Source: Escherichia phage vB_EcoM_G4498. From it: 64,000 bases of DNA. The notes beneath the pieces are model-generated. The model saw only the letters and a program-made list of their open reading frames with translations. It made no database searches and had not been told where the DNA came from. Of the stretch, positions 49,739 to 60,758 are shown piece after piece. The position numbers were made by a program, and so were the translations under genes. The stretch is from sequence record NC_054918.1. One strand, 5' to 3'. How positions within the stretch are numbered: position 1 is the stretch's first letter; every line of letters starts with the position of its first letter.

Positions 49739-49759
49739 ATTTAGCTCCTTTATTTATCA

Positions 49760-49767
49760 TATTTATA
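49760..49767 (-). promoter_or_regulatory. T4 late promoter TATAAATA on minus strand (gene 26)
   Basis: plus-strand TATTTATA 22 nt upstream of the gene 26 ATG. Confidence 0.6.
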
Positions 49768-49771
49768 AATA
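49764..49771 (+). promoter_or_regulatory. T4 late promoter TATAAATA (gene 51)
   Basis: exact TATAAATA overlapping the divergent gene 26 promoter, 18 nt upstream of gene 51. Confidence 0.6.
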
Positions 49772-49788
49772 GAATAAAAGGAGCATCT

Positions 49789-50538
49789 ATGGCAAACATT
49801 ATTCGTTGTAAATTACCAGATGGTGTTCATCGTTTTAAACCATTTACGGTAGAAGATTATCGAGATTTTTTGTTAGTTCGAAACGATATAGAGCATCGGT
49901 CACCACAAGAACAAAAAGAAATAATTACTGATTTAATTGATGATTATTTTGGAGACTATCCGAAGACTTGGCAACCATTTATATTTTTGCAGGTATTTGT
50001 AGGTTCAATAGGTAAAACTAAAGTACCAGTCACATTTGTATGTCCAAAATGTAAAAAAGAAAAGACAGTTCCATTTGAAATATATCAAAAAGAATTAAAG
50101 GAACCTATTTTTGATGTAGCTAATGTTAAAATTAAATTAAATTTTCCTTCTGAGTTTTATGAAAATAAAGCAAAGATGATTACTGAAAATATTCATTCTG
50201 TTCAAGTAGATGAAATGTGGTATGATTGGAAGGAAATTAGTGAATCGAGTCAAATAGAACTTGTTGACGCCATCGAGATAGAAACATTAGAAAAAATTCT
50301 CGATGCAATGAATCCTATTAATTTAACATTGCACATGTCGTGTTGTGATAAGTACATTAAAAAATACACTGATATAGTAGATGTGTTTAAGCTATTAGTT
50401 AATCCAGATGAGATATTTACTTTTTATCAAATTAATCACACGCTTGTAAAAAGTAATTATAGCTTAAATTCAATAATGAAAATGATTCCTGCCGAGCGCG
50501 GATTCGTATTAAAACTGATTGAGAAGGATAAACAATAA
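49789..50538 (+). CDS. 51: Baseplate hub assembly catalyst gp51
   Basis: 249 aa; synteny. Confidence 0.9.
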   Translation: MANIIRCKLPDGVHRFKPFTVEDYRDFLLVRNDIEHRSPQEQKEIITDLIDDYFGDYPKTWQPFIFLQVFVGSIGKTKVPVTFVCPKCKKEKTVPFEIYQKELKEPIFDVANVKIKLNFPSEFYENKAKMITENIHSVQVDEMWYDWKEISESSQIELVDAIEIETLEKILDAMNPINLTLHMSCCDKYIKKYTDIVDVFKLLVNPDEIFTFYQINHTLVKSNYSLNSIMKMIPAERGFVLKLIEKDKQ

Positions 50539-51710
50539 TGAGTATGTTGCAACGCCCCGGATATCCAAATCTCAGCGTTAAATTATTTGAGAGTTATGAC
50601 GCTTGGAGTAATAATAGATTTGTTGAATTAGCTGCTACTATTACCACATTAACTATGCGGGATTCTCTTTATGGTCGAAATGAAGGAATGCTACAATTTT
50701 ATGATTCTAAAAATATCCATACAAAAATGGATGGAAATGAAATAATTCAGATTTCTGTAGCTAATGCAAACGATATTAATAATGTTAAAACAAGAATTTA
50801 TGGATGTAAGCATTTTTCTGTATCTGTAGATTCAAAAGGTGATAACATCATTGCTATTGAATTGGGAACTATTCATTCTATAGAAAATCTTAAATTTGGT
50901 AGACCATTTTTCCCTGATGCAGGTGAATCTATAAAAGAAATGCTTGGTGTCATTTATCAAGACCGCACATTATTAACTCCAGCAATAAATGCTATAAATG
51001 CTTATGTTCCTGATATTCCATGGACTAGCACATTTGAAAACTATTTGTCATATGTAAGAGAAGTTGCTCTAGCGGTAGGAAGCGATAAGTTCGTATTTGT
51101 ATGGCAAGACATCATGGGAGTTAACATGATGGACTATGATATGATGATAAATCAAGAACCATATCCAATGATTGTAGGTGAGCCAACTTTAATAGGTCAA
51201 TTCGTCCAAGAATTGAAATATCCATTAGCATATGATTTTGTTTGGTTGACTAAATCAAACCCGCATAAACGTGATCCAATGAAAAATGCTACTATCTATG
51301 CTCATTCATTTTTAGATTCTTCATTACCAATGATTACTACAGGAAAGGGTGAAAACTCTATTGTAGTGTCAAGGTCAGGTGCTTATTCTGAAATGACTTA
51401 TAGAAATGGATATGAAGAAGCTATTCGTCTTCAGACTATGGCGCAATATGACGGCTATGCTAAATGTTCTACTGTCGGTAATTTTAACTTGACTCCTGGC
51501 GTTAAAATTATTTTTAATGATAGTAAAAACCAATTTAAAACAGAATTTTACGTTGATGAAGTTATTCACGAATTATCAAATAATAATTCCGTAACTCATC
51601 TATATATGTTCACTAATGCAACGAAACTGGAAACAATCGACCCAGTTAAGGTTAAAAATGAATTTAAAACTGATACTACCACTGAAGAAAGTAGTTCTTC
51701 CGATAAGTAA
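50538..51710 (+). CDS. 27: Baseplate hub protein gp27
   Basis: 390 aa; synteny. Confidence 0.92.
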   Translation: MSMLQRPGYPNLSVKLFESYDAWSNNRFVELAATITTLTMRDSLYGRNEGMLQFYDSKNIHTKMDGNEIIQISVANANDINNVKTRIYGCKHFSVSVDSKGDNIIAIELGTIHSIENLKFGRPFFPDAGESIKEMLGVIYQDRTLLTPAINAINAYVPDIPWTSTFENYLSYVREVALAVGSDKFVFVWQDIMGVNMMDYDMMINQEPYPMIVGEPTLIGQFVQELKYPLAYDFVWLTKSNPHKRDPMKNATIYAHSFLDSSLPMITTGKGENSIVVSRSGAYSEMTYRNGYEEAIRLQTMAQYDGYAKCSTVGNFNLTPGVKIIFNDSKNQFKTEFYVDEVIHELSNNNSVTHLYMFTNATKLETIDPVKVKNEFKTDTTTEESSSSDK

Positions 51711-52191
51711 TAAAGAAGTTTCTATTCCTAAGATGGGTCTTAAACATTATAACATTTTAAAAGATGTTAAAGGTCCTGATGAAAATTTAAAGCTTCTTAT
51801 TGATTCTATTTGTCCAAATTTATCACCGGCAGAAGTTGATTTCGTTTCTATTCATTTATTGGAATTTAATGGAAAGATTAAATCTCGTAAAGAAATAGAT
51901 GGCTATACTTATGACATTAATGATGTTTATGTATGCCAAAGATTAGAATTTCAATACCAAGGAAATACATTTTATTTTAGACCTCCTGGAAAATTTGAAC
52001 AATTTTTAACGGTGAGCGATATGTTATCTAAATGCTTGCTTAAGGTCAACGATGAAGTTAAAGAAATTAATTTTCTTGAGATGCCAGCATTCGTTTTAAA
52101 ATGGGCAAATGATATTTTTACAACTTTAGCAATTCCTGGCCCTAATGGTCCAATAACTGGAATTGGCAATATTATTGGATTATTTGAATGA
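51658..52191 (+). CDS. 28: Baseplate hub distal subunit gp28
   Basis: 177 aa from ATG 51658 (MNLKLILP); overlaps the gene 27 3' end. Confidence 0.85.
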   Translation: MNLKLILPLKKVVLPISNKEVSIPKMGLKHYNILKDVKGPDENLKLLIDSICPNLSPAEVDFVSIHLLEFNGKIKSRKEIDGYTYDINDVYVCQRLEFQYQGNTFYFRPPGKFEQFLTVSDMLSKCLLKVNDEVKEINFLEMPAFVLKWANDIFTTLAIPGPNGPITGIGNIIGLFE

Positions 52192-53960
52192 AAAAGCCAC
52201 AAGAAATGCAAACGATGCGTAGAAAAGTTATTTCAGATAATAAACCAACACAGGAAGCGGCTAAATCCGCTTCCAATACTTTATCTGGACTTAATGACAT
52301 TTCTACAAAATTGGATGATGCTCAAGCTGCTTCTGAATTAATAGCTCAAACCGTTGAAGAAAAATCGAATGAAATAATTGGAGCAATTGACAATGTAGAA
52401 AGCGCAGTGAGTGATACTACTGCTGGTTCTGAGTTAATTGCTGAAACTGTCGAAATTGGCAATAATATTAATAAAGAAATCGGTGAATCGCTCGGAAGTA
52501 AATTAGATAAATTAACGAGTTTACTCGAGCAAAAAATCCAGACAGCCGGAATTCAACAAACAGGAACTAGTTTAGCTACGGTTGAAAGCGCTATTCCTGT
52601 TAAAGTTGTTGAGGACGATACAGCTGAATCCGTGGGTCCTTTATTACCAGCTCCTGAAGCAGTTAATAATGATCCTGACGCTGATTTTTTCCCTGCCCCT
52701 CAACCAGTTGAACCTAAGCGAGAGTCACCGGAAGAAAAACAGAAAAAAGAAGCATTTAATTTAAAATTATCTCAAGCTTTAGATAAATTAACAAAGACTG
52801 TTGATTTTGGATTTAAAAAATCCATTTCAATTACTGATAAAATATCAAGCATGCTATTTAAGTATACTGTCAGTGCTGCTATTGAAGCTGCTAAAATGGT
52901 TGCATTAATAATGGCTGTTGTTATTGGAATAGACCTACTGATGGTTCATTTTAAATATTGGTCAGATAAATTTTCAAAAGCCTGGGATTTGTTTAGCACT
53001 GATTTTAAAACTTTTTCAAGCGAAACCGGAACTTGGGGTCCTTTATTACAGAGCATCTTTGAATCTATTGATGAAATTAAAAAGTTCTGGGAAGCGGGAG
53101 ATTGGGGCGGTTTGACGGTAGCTATTGTAGAAGGGCTTGGAAAGGTTCTTTATAATTTAGGAGAACTTATTCAGCTTGGAATGGCTAAATTATCAGCAGC
53201 AATTCTTCGAGTTATTCCTGGTATGAAAGATACTGCTGACGAAGTAGAAGGAAGAGCACTGGAAAATTTCCAAAATTCTACTGGAGCATCTCTCAATAAA
53301 GAAGACCAGGAAAAAGTTGCGAATTATCAAGATAAACGAATGAATGGAGACCTTGGTCCGATAGCAGAAGGACTAGACAAAATTGCGAACTGGAAAACTC
53401 GTGCATCTAACTGGATTCGTGGTGTTGATAATAAAGAAGCATTGACAACTGATGAAGAACGCGCAGCAGAAGAAGAAAAATTAAAGCAGCTTTCACCAGA
53501 AGAAAGAAAAAATGCTTTAATGAAGGCTAATGAAGCCCGTGCCGCGATGATTCGTTTTGAAAAATATGCTGATTCAGCTGATATGAGTAAAGACTCAACG
53601 GTTAAATCAGTTGAAGCTGCCTATGAAGACCTTAAAAAACGAATGGATGACCCGGATTTAAATAATTCACCGGCAGTTAAAAAAGAACTTGCTGCTAGAT
53701 TTTCTAAAATTGATGCTACTTATCAAGAGCTCAAGAAAAATCAGCCTAATGCCAAACCTCAAACTTCTGCTAAATCGCCAGAAGCAAAACAAGTCCAGGT
53801 AATAGAAAAGAACAAAGCACAGCAAGCTCCTATTCAACAAGCATCTCCTTCAATCAATAATACTAATAATGTTATTAAGAAAAATACTGTCGTTCATAAT
53901 ATGACACCCGTAACGAGCACGACTGCTCCTGGTGTATTTGATGCGACTGGAGTTAATTAA
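52188..53960 (+). CDS. 29: Baseplate hub / tail length determinator gp29
   Basis: 590 aa; synteny. Confidence 0.92.
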   Translation: MKKPQEMQTMRRKVISDNKPTQEAAKSASNTLSGLNDISTKLDDAQAASELIAQTVEEKSNEIIGAIDNVESAVSDTTAGSELIAETVEIGNNINKEIGESLGSKLDKLTSLLEQKIQTAGIQQTGTSLATVESAIPVKVVEDDTAESVGPLLPAPEAVNNDPDADFFPAPQPVEPKRESPEEKQKKEAFNLKLSQALDKLTKTVDFGFKKSISITDKISSMLFKYTVSAAIEAAKMVALIMAVVIGIDLLMVHFKYWSDKFSKAWDLFSTDFKTFSSETGTWGPLLQSIFESIDEIKKFWEAGDWGGLTVAIVEGLGKVLYNLGELIQLGMAKLSAAILRVIPGMKDTADEVEGRALENFQNSTGASLNKEDQEKVANYQDKRMNGDLGPIAEGLDKIANWKTRASNWIRGVDNKEALTTDEERAAEEEKLKQLSPEERKNALMKANEARAAMIRFEKYADSADMSKDSTVKSVEAAYEDLKKRMDDPDLNNSPAVKKELAARFSKIDATYQELKKNQPNAKPQTSAKSPEAKQVQVIEKNKAQQAPIQQASPSINNTNNVIKKNTVVHNMTPVTSTTAPGVFDATGVN

Positions 53961-53968
53961 GGAATAAT

Positions 53969-55063
53969 ATGGCAATTGTTAAAGAAATAACTGCTGATTT
54001 AATTAAAAAGTCCGGTGAGAAAATTTCAGCCGGACAGAGTACTAAATCAGAAGTAGCAACTAAAACATACACTGCCCAGTTTCCAACTGGGCGTGCTAGT
54101 GGTAATGACACTACAGGGGACTTCCAGGTAACAGATCTATATAAGAATGGATTATTATTTACTGCATACAATATGTCATCTAGGGATTCTGGAAGTCTTA
54201 GAACGATGAGATCTAACTACTCTTCTTCATCTTCGAGTATTTTACGTACAGCCAGAAACACTATCAGTAATACAGTATCAAAACTATCAAATGGACTAAT
54301 ATCAGATAATAATTCAGGAACAATAAGTAAAGTTCCTGTTGCAAATATTCTTTTACCTAGATCTAAATCTGACGTCGATACGTCATCACATAGATTTAAT
54401 GATGTTCAAGATAGTCTTATTACAAAAGGTGGAGGTACTGCTACTGGTGTGCTAAGCAATATGGCTTCAACCGCAGTATTTGGAGCGCTGGAAAGTATAA
54501 CACAAGGTATAATGGCTGATAATAATGAACAGATTTATACGACAGCCAGAAGCATGTACGGCGGTGCTGAAAATAGAACTAAAGTGTTCACTTGGGATTT
54601 GACTCCGCGCTCAACAGAAGATTTAATGGCTATTATTAATATCTATCAGTATTTTAACTATTTTTCTTACGGTGAAACTGGTAAATCTCAATATGCTGCT
54701 GAAATAAAAGGATATCTAGATGAGTGGTACCGTTCTACTTTTATTGAGCCGTTAACTCCAGAAGATGCAGTTAAAAATAAGACGTTATTTGAGAAAATGA
54801 CATCGAGTTTAACTAACGTTCTTGTAGTTTCAAACCCGACAATTTGGATGGTGAAAAACTTTGGTGCAACATCTAAGTTTGATGGAAAAACGGAAATATT
54901 CGGTCCATGTCAAATCCAGAGTATCAGATTTGATAAAACACCTAATGGTAACTTTAACGGATTAGCTATTGCTCCAAATCTCCCTAGTACATTTACTCTC
55001 GAGATTACTATGAGAGAAATTATCACGTTAAACCGTGCTTCTTTATATGCGGGGACTTTTTAA
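53969..55063 (+). CDS. 48: Baseplate tail tube cap gp48
   Basis: 364 aa; synteny. Confidence 0.92.
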   Translation: MAIVKEITADLIKKSGEKISAGQSTKSEVATKTYTAQFPTGRASGNDTTGDFQVTDLYKNGLLFTAYNMSSRDSGSLRTMRSNYSSSSSSILRTARNTISNTVSKLSNGLISDNNSGTISKVPVANILLPRSKSDVDTSSHRFNDVQDSLITKGGGTATGVLSNMASTAVFGALESITQGIMADNNEQIYTTARSMYGGAENRTKVFTWDLTPRSTEDLMAIINIYQYFNYFSYGETGKSQYAAEIKGYLDEWYRSTFIEPLTPEDAVKNKTLFEKMTSSLTNVLVVSNPTIWMVKNFGATSKFDGKTEIFGPCQIQSIRFDKTPNGNFNGLAIAPNLPSTFTLEITMREIITLNRASLYAGTF

Positions 55064-56028
55064 TGTATTCTTTAGAGGAATTTAATAATCAAGCAATAAA
55101 CGCAGATTTCCAACGTAATAATATGTTCAGCTGTGTTTTTGCTACAACTCCATCAACTAAAAGCTCTTCGTTGATAAGTTCAATTAGCAACTTTTCTTAT
55201 AATAACTTGGGCCTAAATTCAGATTGGTTAGGATTAACTCAAGGCGATATTAATCAGGGAATTACTACGCTAATTACAGCTGGCACACAAAAACTGATAA
55301 GAAAATCAGGGGTTAGTAAATATCTTATTGGTGCCATGAGTCAACGTACAGTTCAAAGTTTATTAGGCTCATTTACAGTTGGTACATATTTAATTGACTT
55401 CTTTAACATGGCATATAACTCATCTGGATTGATGATATACTCTGTAAAAATGCCAGAGAATAGATTATCCTATGAAACTGACTGGAACTATAATTCTCCT
55501 AATATTCGTATAACTGGGAGAGAATTAGACCCTTTGGTTATTTCATTCAGAATGGATTCAGAAGCTTGTAACTATCGTGCAATGCAAGACTGGGTTAACG
55601 CTGTTCAAGACCCAGTAACTGGATTGCGTGCTTTGCCGCAAGATGTCGAGGCTGATATTCAGGTTAATCTTCATTCTCGCAATGGATTACCACATACTGC
55701 GGTGATGTTCACTGGATGCATTCCAGTGTCCGTAAGCGCTCCTGAGTTATCATATGATGGAGATAACCAAATAACTACATTTGATGTTACTTTTGCGTAT
55801 AGAGTCATGCAGGCTGGAGCAGTTGATAGACAAGCTGCGCTTGAATGGCTTGAATCTGCTGCTATAAATGGTATTCAAAGCGTTCTCGGAAATAGTGGAG
55901 GTGTCACTGGACTATCTAATTCGCTTTCACGACTTAGTAGATTAGGGGGAACTGCAGGAAGCATTTCAAATATTAACACTATGACAGGAATTGTCAATTC
56001 GCAAAGTAAAATATTAGGAGCAATATAA
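55063..56028 (+). CDS. 54: Baseplate tail tube initiator gp54
   Basis: 321 aa; synteny. Confidence 0.92.
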   Translation: MYSLEEFNNQAINADFQRNNMFSCVFATTPSTKSSSLISSISNFSYNNLGLNSDWLGLTQGDINQGITTLITAGTQKLIRKSGVSKYLIGAMSQRTVQSLLGSFTVGTYLIDFFNMAYNSSGLMIYSVKMPENRLSYETDWNYNSPNIRITGRELDPLVISFRMDSEACNYRAMQDWVNAVQDPVTGLRALPQDVEADIQVNLHSRNGLPHTAVMFTGCIPVSVSAPELSYDGDNQITTFDVTFAYRVMQAGAVDRQAALEWLESAAINGIQSVLGNSGGVTGLSNSLSRLSRLGGTAGSISNINTMTGIVNSQSKILGAI

Positions 56029-56032
56029 CAAT

Positions 56033-56058
56033 GGGGACCTTTCGGTCCCCATATTTTT
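56033..56058. terminator. Bidirectional terminator between gene 54 (+) and the Alt operon (-)
   Basis: GGGGACC-TTTC-GGTCCCC hairpin flanked by T-runs. Confidence 0.7.
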
Positions 56059-56347
56059 ATTTACGGAATGAAATGAAAGCAGCAACTGAAGCAACTAAAC
56101 TGTCTTCAATATAAACTTCAATTTTTACCGGAGCTTCTGACTCAAATTTACCTGTTACTACACCCTGAAAAATACTTTCAGTCTGTTCTGGCTTTGAAAA
56201 ATTTTCAGAAGGAAAAATTCCGAACTTTTTATCTGTTCCAAAAATTTTGATAAATTCATCGTAAACTGCTTCATTAAAAGCATTATCAGCAGGAATAACG
56301 CCTTCAACTACAAGTTCTTGACCTAAAAAGCGCAAAGAAGATTTCAT
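56057..56347 (-). CDS. Hypothetical protein, 96 aa, downstream of the Alt paralogs
   Basis: ORF co-oriented with alt. Confidence 0.6.
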   Translation of the reverse strand: MKSSLRFLGQELVVEGVIPADNAFNEAVYDEFIKIFGTDKKFGIFPSENFSKPEQTESIFQGVVTGKFESEAPVKIEVYIEDSLVASVAAFISFRK

Positions 56348-56407
56348 TTTGTGTTCCTCATGTTATGTCAGTAAGACTACTATAACACAACACGAGGGAC
56401 TTGTAAA

Positions 56408-58465
56408 CTACATCTTGAACTTTTTAGACATTCCGTTGATGTTAACCAAAGAAGCTAAGATTTGAGAAACTTCGTTTTCCTCTTCTTTTGATTCTTCTAC
56501 AAGGAATTGATTAAATCCAGCCATTGGACGAACTTCACCAGTTTCCATTAGATGGTCGCCATCATATACTGATTCTTCTAATTGTTCAGAAGGAGGAACG
56601 ATTGTACCTTCGATTAGATACTTGTTATAAGCAGTTTCTTTCATAAAGTAAGTACTTACTTTATTAATCTTCAGTAAAATTCCACGTGGTAGAATAACTT
56701 CAGCTTCTGACGGAAATCCTGATAAATGACCCGGAACGATAACTTTGATTCGCTCAGCTCCTTTAATTACCATACCCACGCTAGTTTCAGCATCTTCATT
56801 AGCATATGTAGAATGACTACCCATATGCATCAAATCTTCTGCATCAACGGAACCTTCTCCTTCACCAGAAAATACTGCGCCGGAATCATCTAGAGCCATA
56901 TAGTTTTTACCATGCTCACCGAAGATATTTGGTTTAAGCGATGTGGATACGAAGTTCTTGAAATAGAACATTTTATTTTCAATGTTATGACGCAAAGTTT
57001 TAAAGGTAACTTCTTGTCCACGGTAAAGTGTAGTTCCTGGAGGAAGAACTGAACCTTTAGCGAATGCAGAATCAAGCGTCTCAATATGTTTAATAGCTCG
57101 TTCCATATATTCTTCACGGGTAGAATCTGGTTTACCCAAAAGGAACGAGTTCATTTCAACATATGAATCTGCACAATAATCTTCAATTACATCAGATTCA
57201 GCTTGAGTTAATCCTTTTGGAGTTACTTCAGTGCTTGCGTATTCATATGCCTGAGCAGCAGATTCATTAATCAATTTATAAATGCCATTCATGACAAATT
57301 GAATAATAGCTGTCTTTTCATCTGGCGTAGCTTTAGAACCTTTAACCAAATCATTGATAATTTTCTTAATAACATCAAAGCTATTAGAAATATTAATATC
57401 AGCAAGATCGCTTAAAATTTTATCAGTCTTATAATCAAAGAATTCTTTATTCTTTAAATATTCTTGAGAACCTTGATATGTTATATCGCTCTGTAACTTG
57501 ATAGATGGATCACGTAAACGTGCATGGGCTAATGCAATATGATTTCGGAAGCTTTCGAGTTCATAATCACTAGATTTAAAACGAGAAGCGCTTCTCATAC
57601 CGCCTATAGCTCCTTTGCTGAAGTTTGAACCAATTTGAATAACGCCAGAGTTCATTGGTCCTTCTGCTTTATACACCGGAACTTTAGATTCAAACTCTTG
57701 ATATTTCTTAGCAGCGAAGCTATCACCCTGAAGTGAAGCATCAACAGTAGAATATTGAGCTTGTGCTGCTAATCGACGACTAATTTTAGTTTTCTGAATA
57801 ACAGCTTGGTCCGTGCGCTTATCATTTTCTAAAGCAATAGAAGCAGCAACAGCAACAGCTTTAGGAACAGCATTACCTGTTTTAACATCTACATAAACAT
57901 CACCAACCTTTGATTCAACTTTTGTGAATAACTCAGTTGAAATAGGAGGTACACCTGGAATGTCTTCTAAATTGGCATTTTTACGATAAACCATAATATA
58001 TGCGTACTTTTTATCATAATCCCAGATTTCCTTTAAAAGAACATATCGACCTGCTCCTTTAGTACGTACTAAACGGTCAGCAATAACTTGCATTTGACGA
58101 GCAGCGCCATTTGTTTTACTCTTTAGTACGCGGAATAAGCATGCATCAATTTTATACTGTTTCATTGTTTGAAGAGCAGTATCAAAAACAGCGTTAATGA
58201 CGCCAATTGGATTTCCACCCAAGTTTCTAAGTTTAACCAGTGATAATTTCTCGTTGACACCTATCATTACGATATGCATCATTTTATCGCCCGGCTTAAC
58301 GTTTTTATTTGTATCACCTCCAGAGGTGTATGTACAAAATCTAAATCCAGGAAGCACGCTTTCTTCGCCGGCTTGAATAGCAAAAATTTGAGGTATTTTA
58401 TGCTTAGGATTTAAGTTAACAACCGGCGCCGAAGCGCCGTCAAATAATTCTGTAATAAGTTCCAT
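56408..58465 (-). CDS. Alt-like ADP-ribosyltransferase paralog, 685 aa
   Basis: shares N-terminal MELITELFD and overall length with the adjacent Alt; R-S-E signature (TLYRGQ, FVSTSL, SEAEVILP). Confidence 0.85.
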   Translation of the reverse strand: MELITELFDGASAPVVNLNPKHKIPQIFAIQAGEESVLPGFRFCTYTSGGDTNKNVKPGDKMMHIVMIGVNEKLSLVKLRNLGGNPIGVINAVFDTALQTMKQYKIDACLFRVLKSKTNGAARQMQVIADRLVRTKGAGRYVLLKEIWDYDKKYAYIMVYRKNANLEDIPGVPPISTELFTKVESKVGDVYVDVKTGNAVPKAVAVAASIALENDKRTDQAVIQKTKISRRLAAQAQYSTVDASLQGDSFAAKKYQEFESKVPVYKAEGPMNSGVIQIGSNFSKGAIGGMRSASRFKSSDYELESFRNHIALAHARLRDPSIKLQSDITYQGSQEYLKNKEFFDYKTDKILSDLADINISNSFDVIKKIINDLVKGSKATPDEKTAIIQFVMNGIYKLINESAAQAYEYASTEVTPKGLTQAESDVIEDYCADSYVEMNSFLLGKPDSTREEYMERAIKHIETLDSAFAKGSVLPPGTTLYRGQEVTFKTLRHNIENKMFYFKNFVSTSLKPNIFGEHGKNYMALDDSGAVFSGEGEGSVDAEDLMHMGSHSTYANEDAETSVGMVIKGAERIKVIVPGHLSGFPSEAEVILPRGILLKINKVSTYFMKETAYNKYLIEGTIVPPSEQLEESVYDGDHLMETGEVRPMAGFNQFLVEESKEEENEVSQILASLVNINGMSKKFKM

Positions 58466-58468
58466 GAT

Positions 58469-60517
58469 TTATCCTTGAACGAACTTGTAAGGCATGTTTG
58501 TAATATCTATGCAAGACGCAATAATTCCAAGAGATGATTCTACTTTCTGTTTAACATTTGATGAAACAAATGATGCAAAGTCAACTCTATCTTCTATATC
58601 ACCTGTCATTGTAACTACTTCGCCGGTTTCCATTAAACGGTCACCGTCATAAATTACTGATTCGGTGAGTTCTTCGGTGGTCATAACTTCAGCTTGAATA
58701 AGCTTGTTGTTAGTTTTGACTGTTCCATCATTGTAAGATGCATCAGTTATTTTATTAACTTTGACCATTAATCCACGTGGCAAAATGACTTCCATTTCAT
58801 TTGAAGGCGCTAAACTTCCACCGGGTAAAACAACATTGACTTTATCAGCCCCAGTAATAACCCATCCAATTCCGACTAAATTATCGCTAGAATTAACAAG
58901 CCCTTCATCATTTTTATCGATAGAAATGTTTAGACGCTTTTCATCTGGTAAAACACCAACAGCTGAATCAGTCATCCAAGTACCAAAAATGTTTGGATAT
59001 AATGATGTTGATACAAAATTTCTAAAATAAAAAACTCGATTTTTTACCATTGCTTCGTATATTGAAGGTAACATTCGTTGTGAACGATACAAAGTAATAC
59101 CTTTTGGTAATCGTTCACCATTTTTAAAGGCTGAATCTAAATTATCAATAGCTTTTTCTATGTCAGATGCTGTCAAAATACTTGTACGCTCATCTGGATT
59201 ATATAATCCCAAAAGAGCATTATTTATGTCTACATATCCTGAACCTACGTATTCACGAATTCCGCGTTTTTGTGCTGGTGTGTATTTAGATGAATCTTTA
59301 TTTTCGACTATAGGATGTAATGACCATCCAGCTGTAAGAGCATATCCACGTAATTCTCTTCGAATAATCTTTGTTTTTATTGCATTCCAAGAATTTTGTA
59401 CTAACTCATTTGCAGCATCTTGGTTTAAATGCGAATGTTTGTTAATATTTCTTTCAAACCAAGCACCTTTATATTTTTCTAAAGTATCATCGACGATAGA
59501 AGCAATAGTTTCTAAAGTTTTTATTGAAGTAATAGATTCTTTTCGTAATTTTTCTAAAGCTTTATTTTTTATTTCTGCATTAATAATGGATTCTTTATCT
59601 TCAGGAATTATAGAAGCTTCTCTGAATGCCATCCCAGCTGTAACACTGCTAAGAGCATTCTCTAGTGCAAATCCTGAAGTAGAAATTACCGTTAATTCAT
59701 TAGAATCAGAAATTAAAGGCGCATCAGCGGGTTTATTTAATTCTGCTGCTGAAGCCTCAAATTTTTGAAACATCGGTGTTTCAAATCTAGAAGATTCCAA
59801 TGACTGACTTTGTGCAATTGCTCTACGGGAAATTTTAACTTTAACGATTACAGCTTGGTCAGAACGTTTATCATTTTCTTGTGCAATAGATGCTGCAATT
59901 GCCTCATTTTTGGTTACTTGAGCTCCGGTATCTTTATTGATATAAACATCACCGACCTTCGATTCAACTTTAGTAAAGAGCTCGGTACTAATTTCCGGAA
60001 CTCCTGGAATGTCTTCTAGTGATACATTTTTGCGATGTATAAGAATATATGCATACTTTTTATCATAATCCCAGAGTTCCTTAAGAAGGACGTATCTGCC
60101 ACCTGAACGACTACGGATAAGTCTATCAGCAATAACTTGAATTTGTCGAGCTTGACCAGCGGTTTTAGACTTAAGAATACGAAGCATACAAGCATCAATT
60201 TTATACTGACGCATTGTTTGCATTGCAACAGTAAAAACTGAATTGATATAATTAATTGGGCTTGGACCAAGACCTTTTAATTTAGCAATTGAACCTTTAG
60301 CGGTTAATGTAAAAGGAACAATATGCATCATTTTATCGCCCATTTTTAAATCGCGATTAGTATCACCTCCAGATGTATAGGTACATAAACGAAAGCCTGG
60401 TTGTTCAATTGCATCATCAACATGAACTGAAAAAATTTGCGGTATTTTCTTCTTTGGATTTAAGTTTGTAATCGGAAGAGTAGTATCTTCGTCAAATAAT
60501 TCTGTAATAAGTTCCAT
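58469..60517 (-). CDS. alt: Alt ADP-ribosyltransferase (capsid-packaged), 682 aa
   Basis: R-S-E signature (TLYRSQ, FVSTSL, NEMEVILP); late promoter upstream; second ATG chosen for RBS spacing. Confidence 0.88.
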   Translation of the reverse strand: MELITELFDEDTTLPITNLNPKKKIPQIFSVHVDDAIEQPGFRLCTYTSGGDTNRDLKMGDKMMHIVPFTLTAKGSIAKLKGLGPSPINYINSVFTVAMQTMRQYKIDACMLRILKSKTAGQARQIQVIADRLIRSRSGGRYVLLKELWDYDKKYAYILIHRKNVSLEDIPGVPEISTELFTKVESKVGDVYINKDTGAQVTKNEAIAASIAQENDKRSDQAVIVKVKISRRAIAQSQSLESSRFETPMFQKFEASAAELNKPADAPLISDSNELTVISTSGFALENALSSVTAGMAFREASIIPEDKESIINAEIKNKALEKLRKESITSIKTLETIASIVDDTLEKYKGAWFERNINKHSHLNQDAANELVQNSWNAIKTKIIRRELRGYALTAGWSLHPIVENKDSSKYTPAQKRGIREYVGSGYVDINNALLGLYNPDERTSILTASDIEKAIDNLDSAFKNGERLPKGITLYRSQRMLPSIYEAMVKNRVFYFRNFVSTSLYPNIFGTWMTDSAVGVLPDEKRLNISIDKNDEGLVNSSDNLVGIGWVITGADKVNVVLPGGSLAPSNEMEVILPRGLMVKVNKITDASYNDGTVKTNNKLIQAEVMTTEELTESVIYDGDRLMETGEVVTMTGDIEDRVDFASFVSSNVKQKVESSLGIIASCIDITNMPYKFVQG

Positions 60518-60540
60518 CATAGCCTCTCTAGTGTTTATTC

Positions 60541-60548
60541 TATTTATA
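60541..60548 (-). promoter_or_regulatory. T4 late promoter TATAAATA on minus strand (alt)
   Basis: plus-strand TATTTATA about 21 nt upstream of the alt ATG. Confidence 0.6.
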
Positions 60549-60553
60549 AAATT

Positions 60554-60571
60554 AAAGGCCCGAAGGCCTTT
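60554..60571 (-). terminator. Hairpin (AAGGCC-CGAA-GGCCTT) ending the upstream early transcript
   Basis: perfect inverted repeat overlapping the stop of the 60570..60758 ORF. Confidence 0.5.
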
Positions 60572-60758
60572 AGTAATCTAGTGGTAAGAGAGTACGATAT
60601 ATTTCAAACTTTGGTCCTTTTTCATAGGCATCAAATGTTTCTGTAAATTTATTATAAGCGTATGCATCTACAAATTCGAGAATGACTTGTGATACAGAAG
60701 TAGAAACATCTCCACCTTCTTTTTGAGCAATGACAATTGTTTCTAAGTAAGCTTTCAT
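60570..60758 (-). CDS. Hypothetical small protein, 62 aa
   Basis: ORF with ATGA overlap to the ligase stop. Confidence 0.6.
   Translation of the reverse strand: MKAYLETIVIAQKEGGDVSTSVSQVILEFVDAYAYNKFTETFDAYEKGPKFEIYRTLLPLDY

Noticed and set aside
59160-59768. 202-aa plus-strand ORF
   Set aside because: Antisense within the alt gene; no start context.
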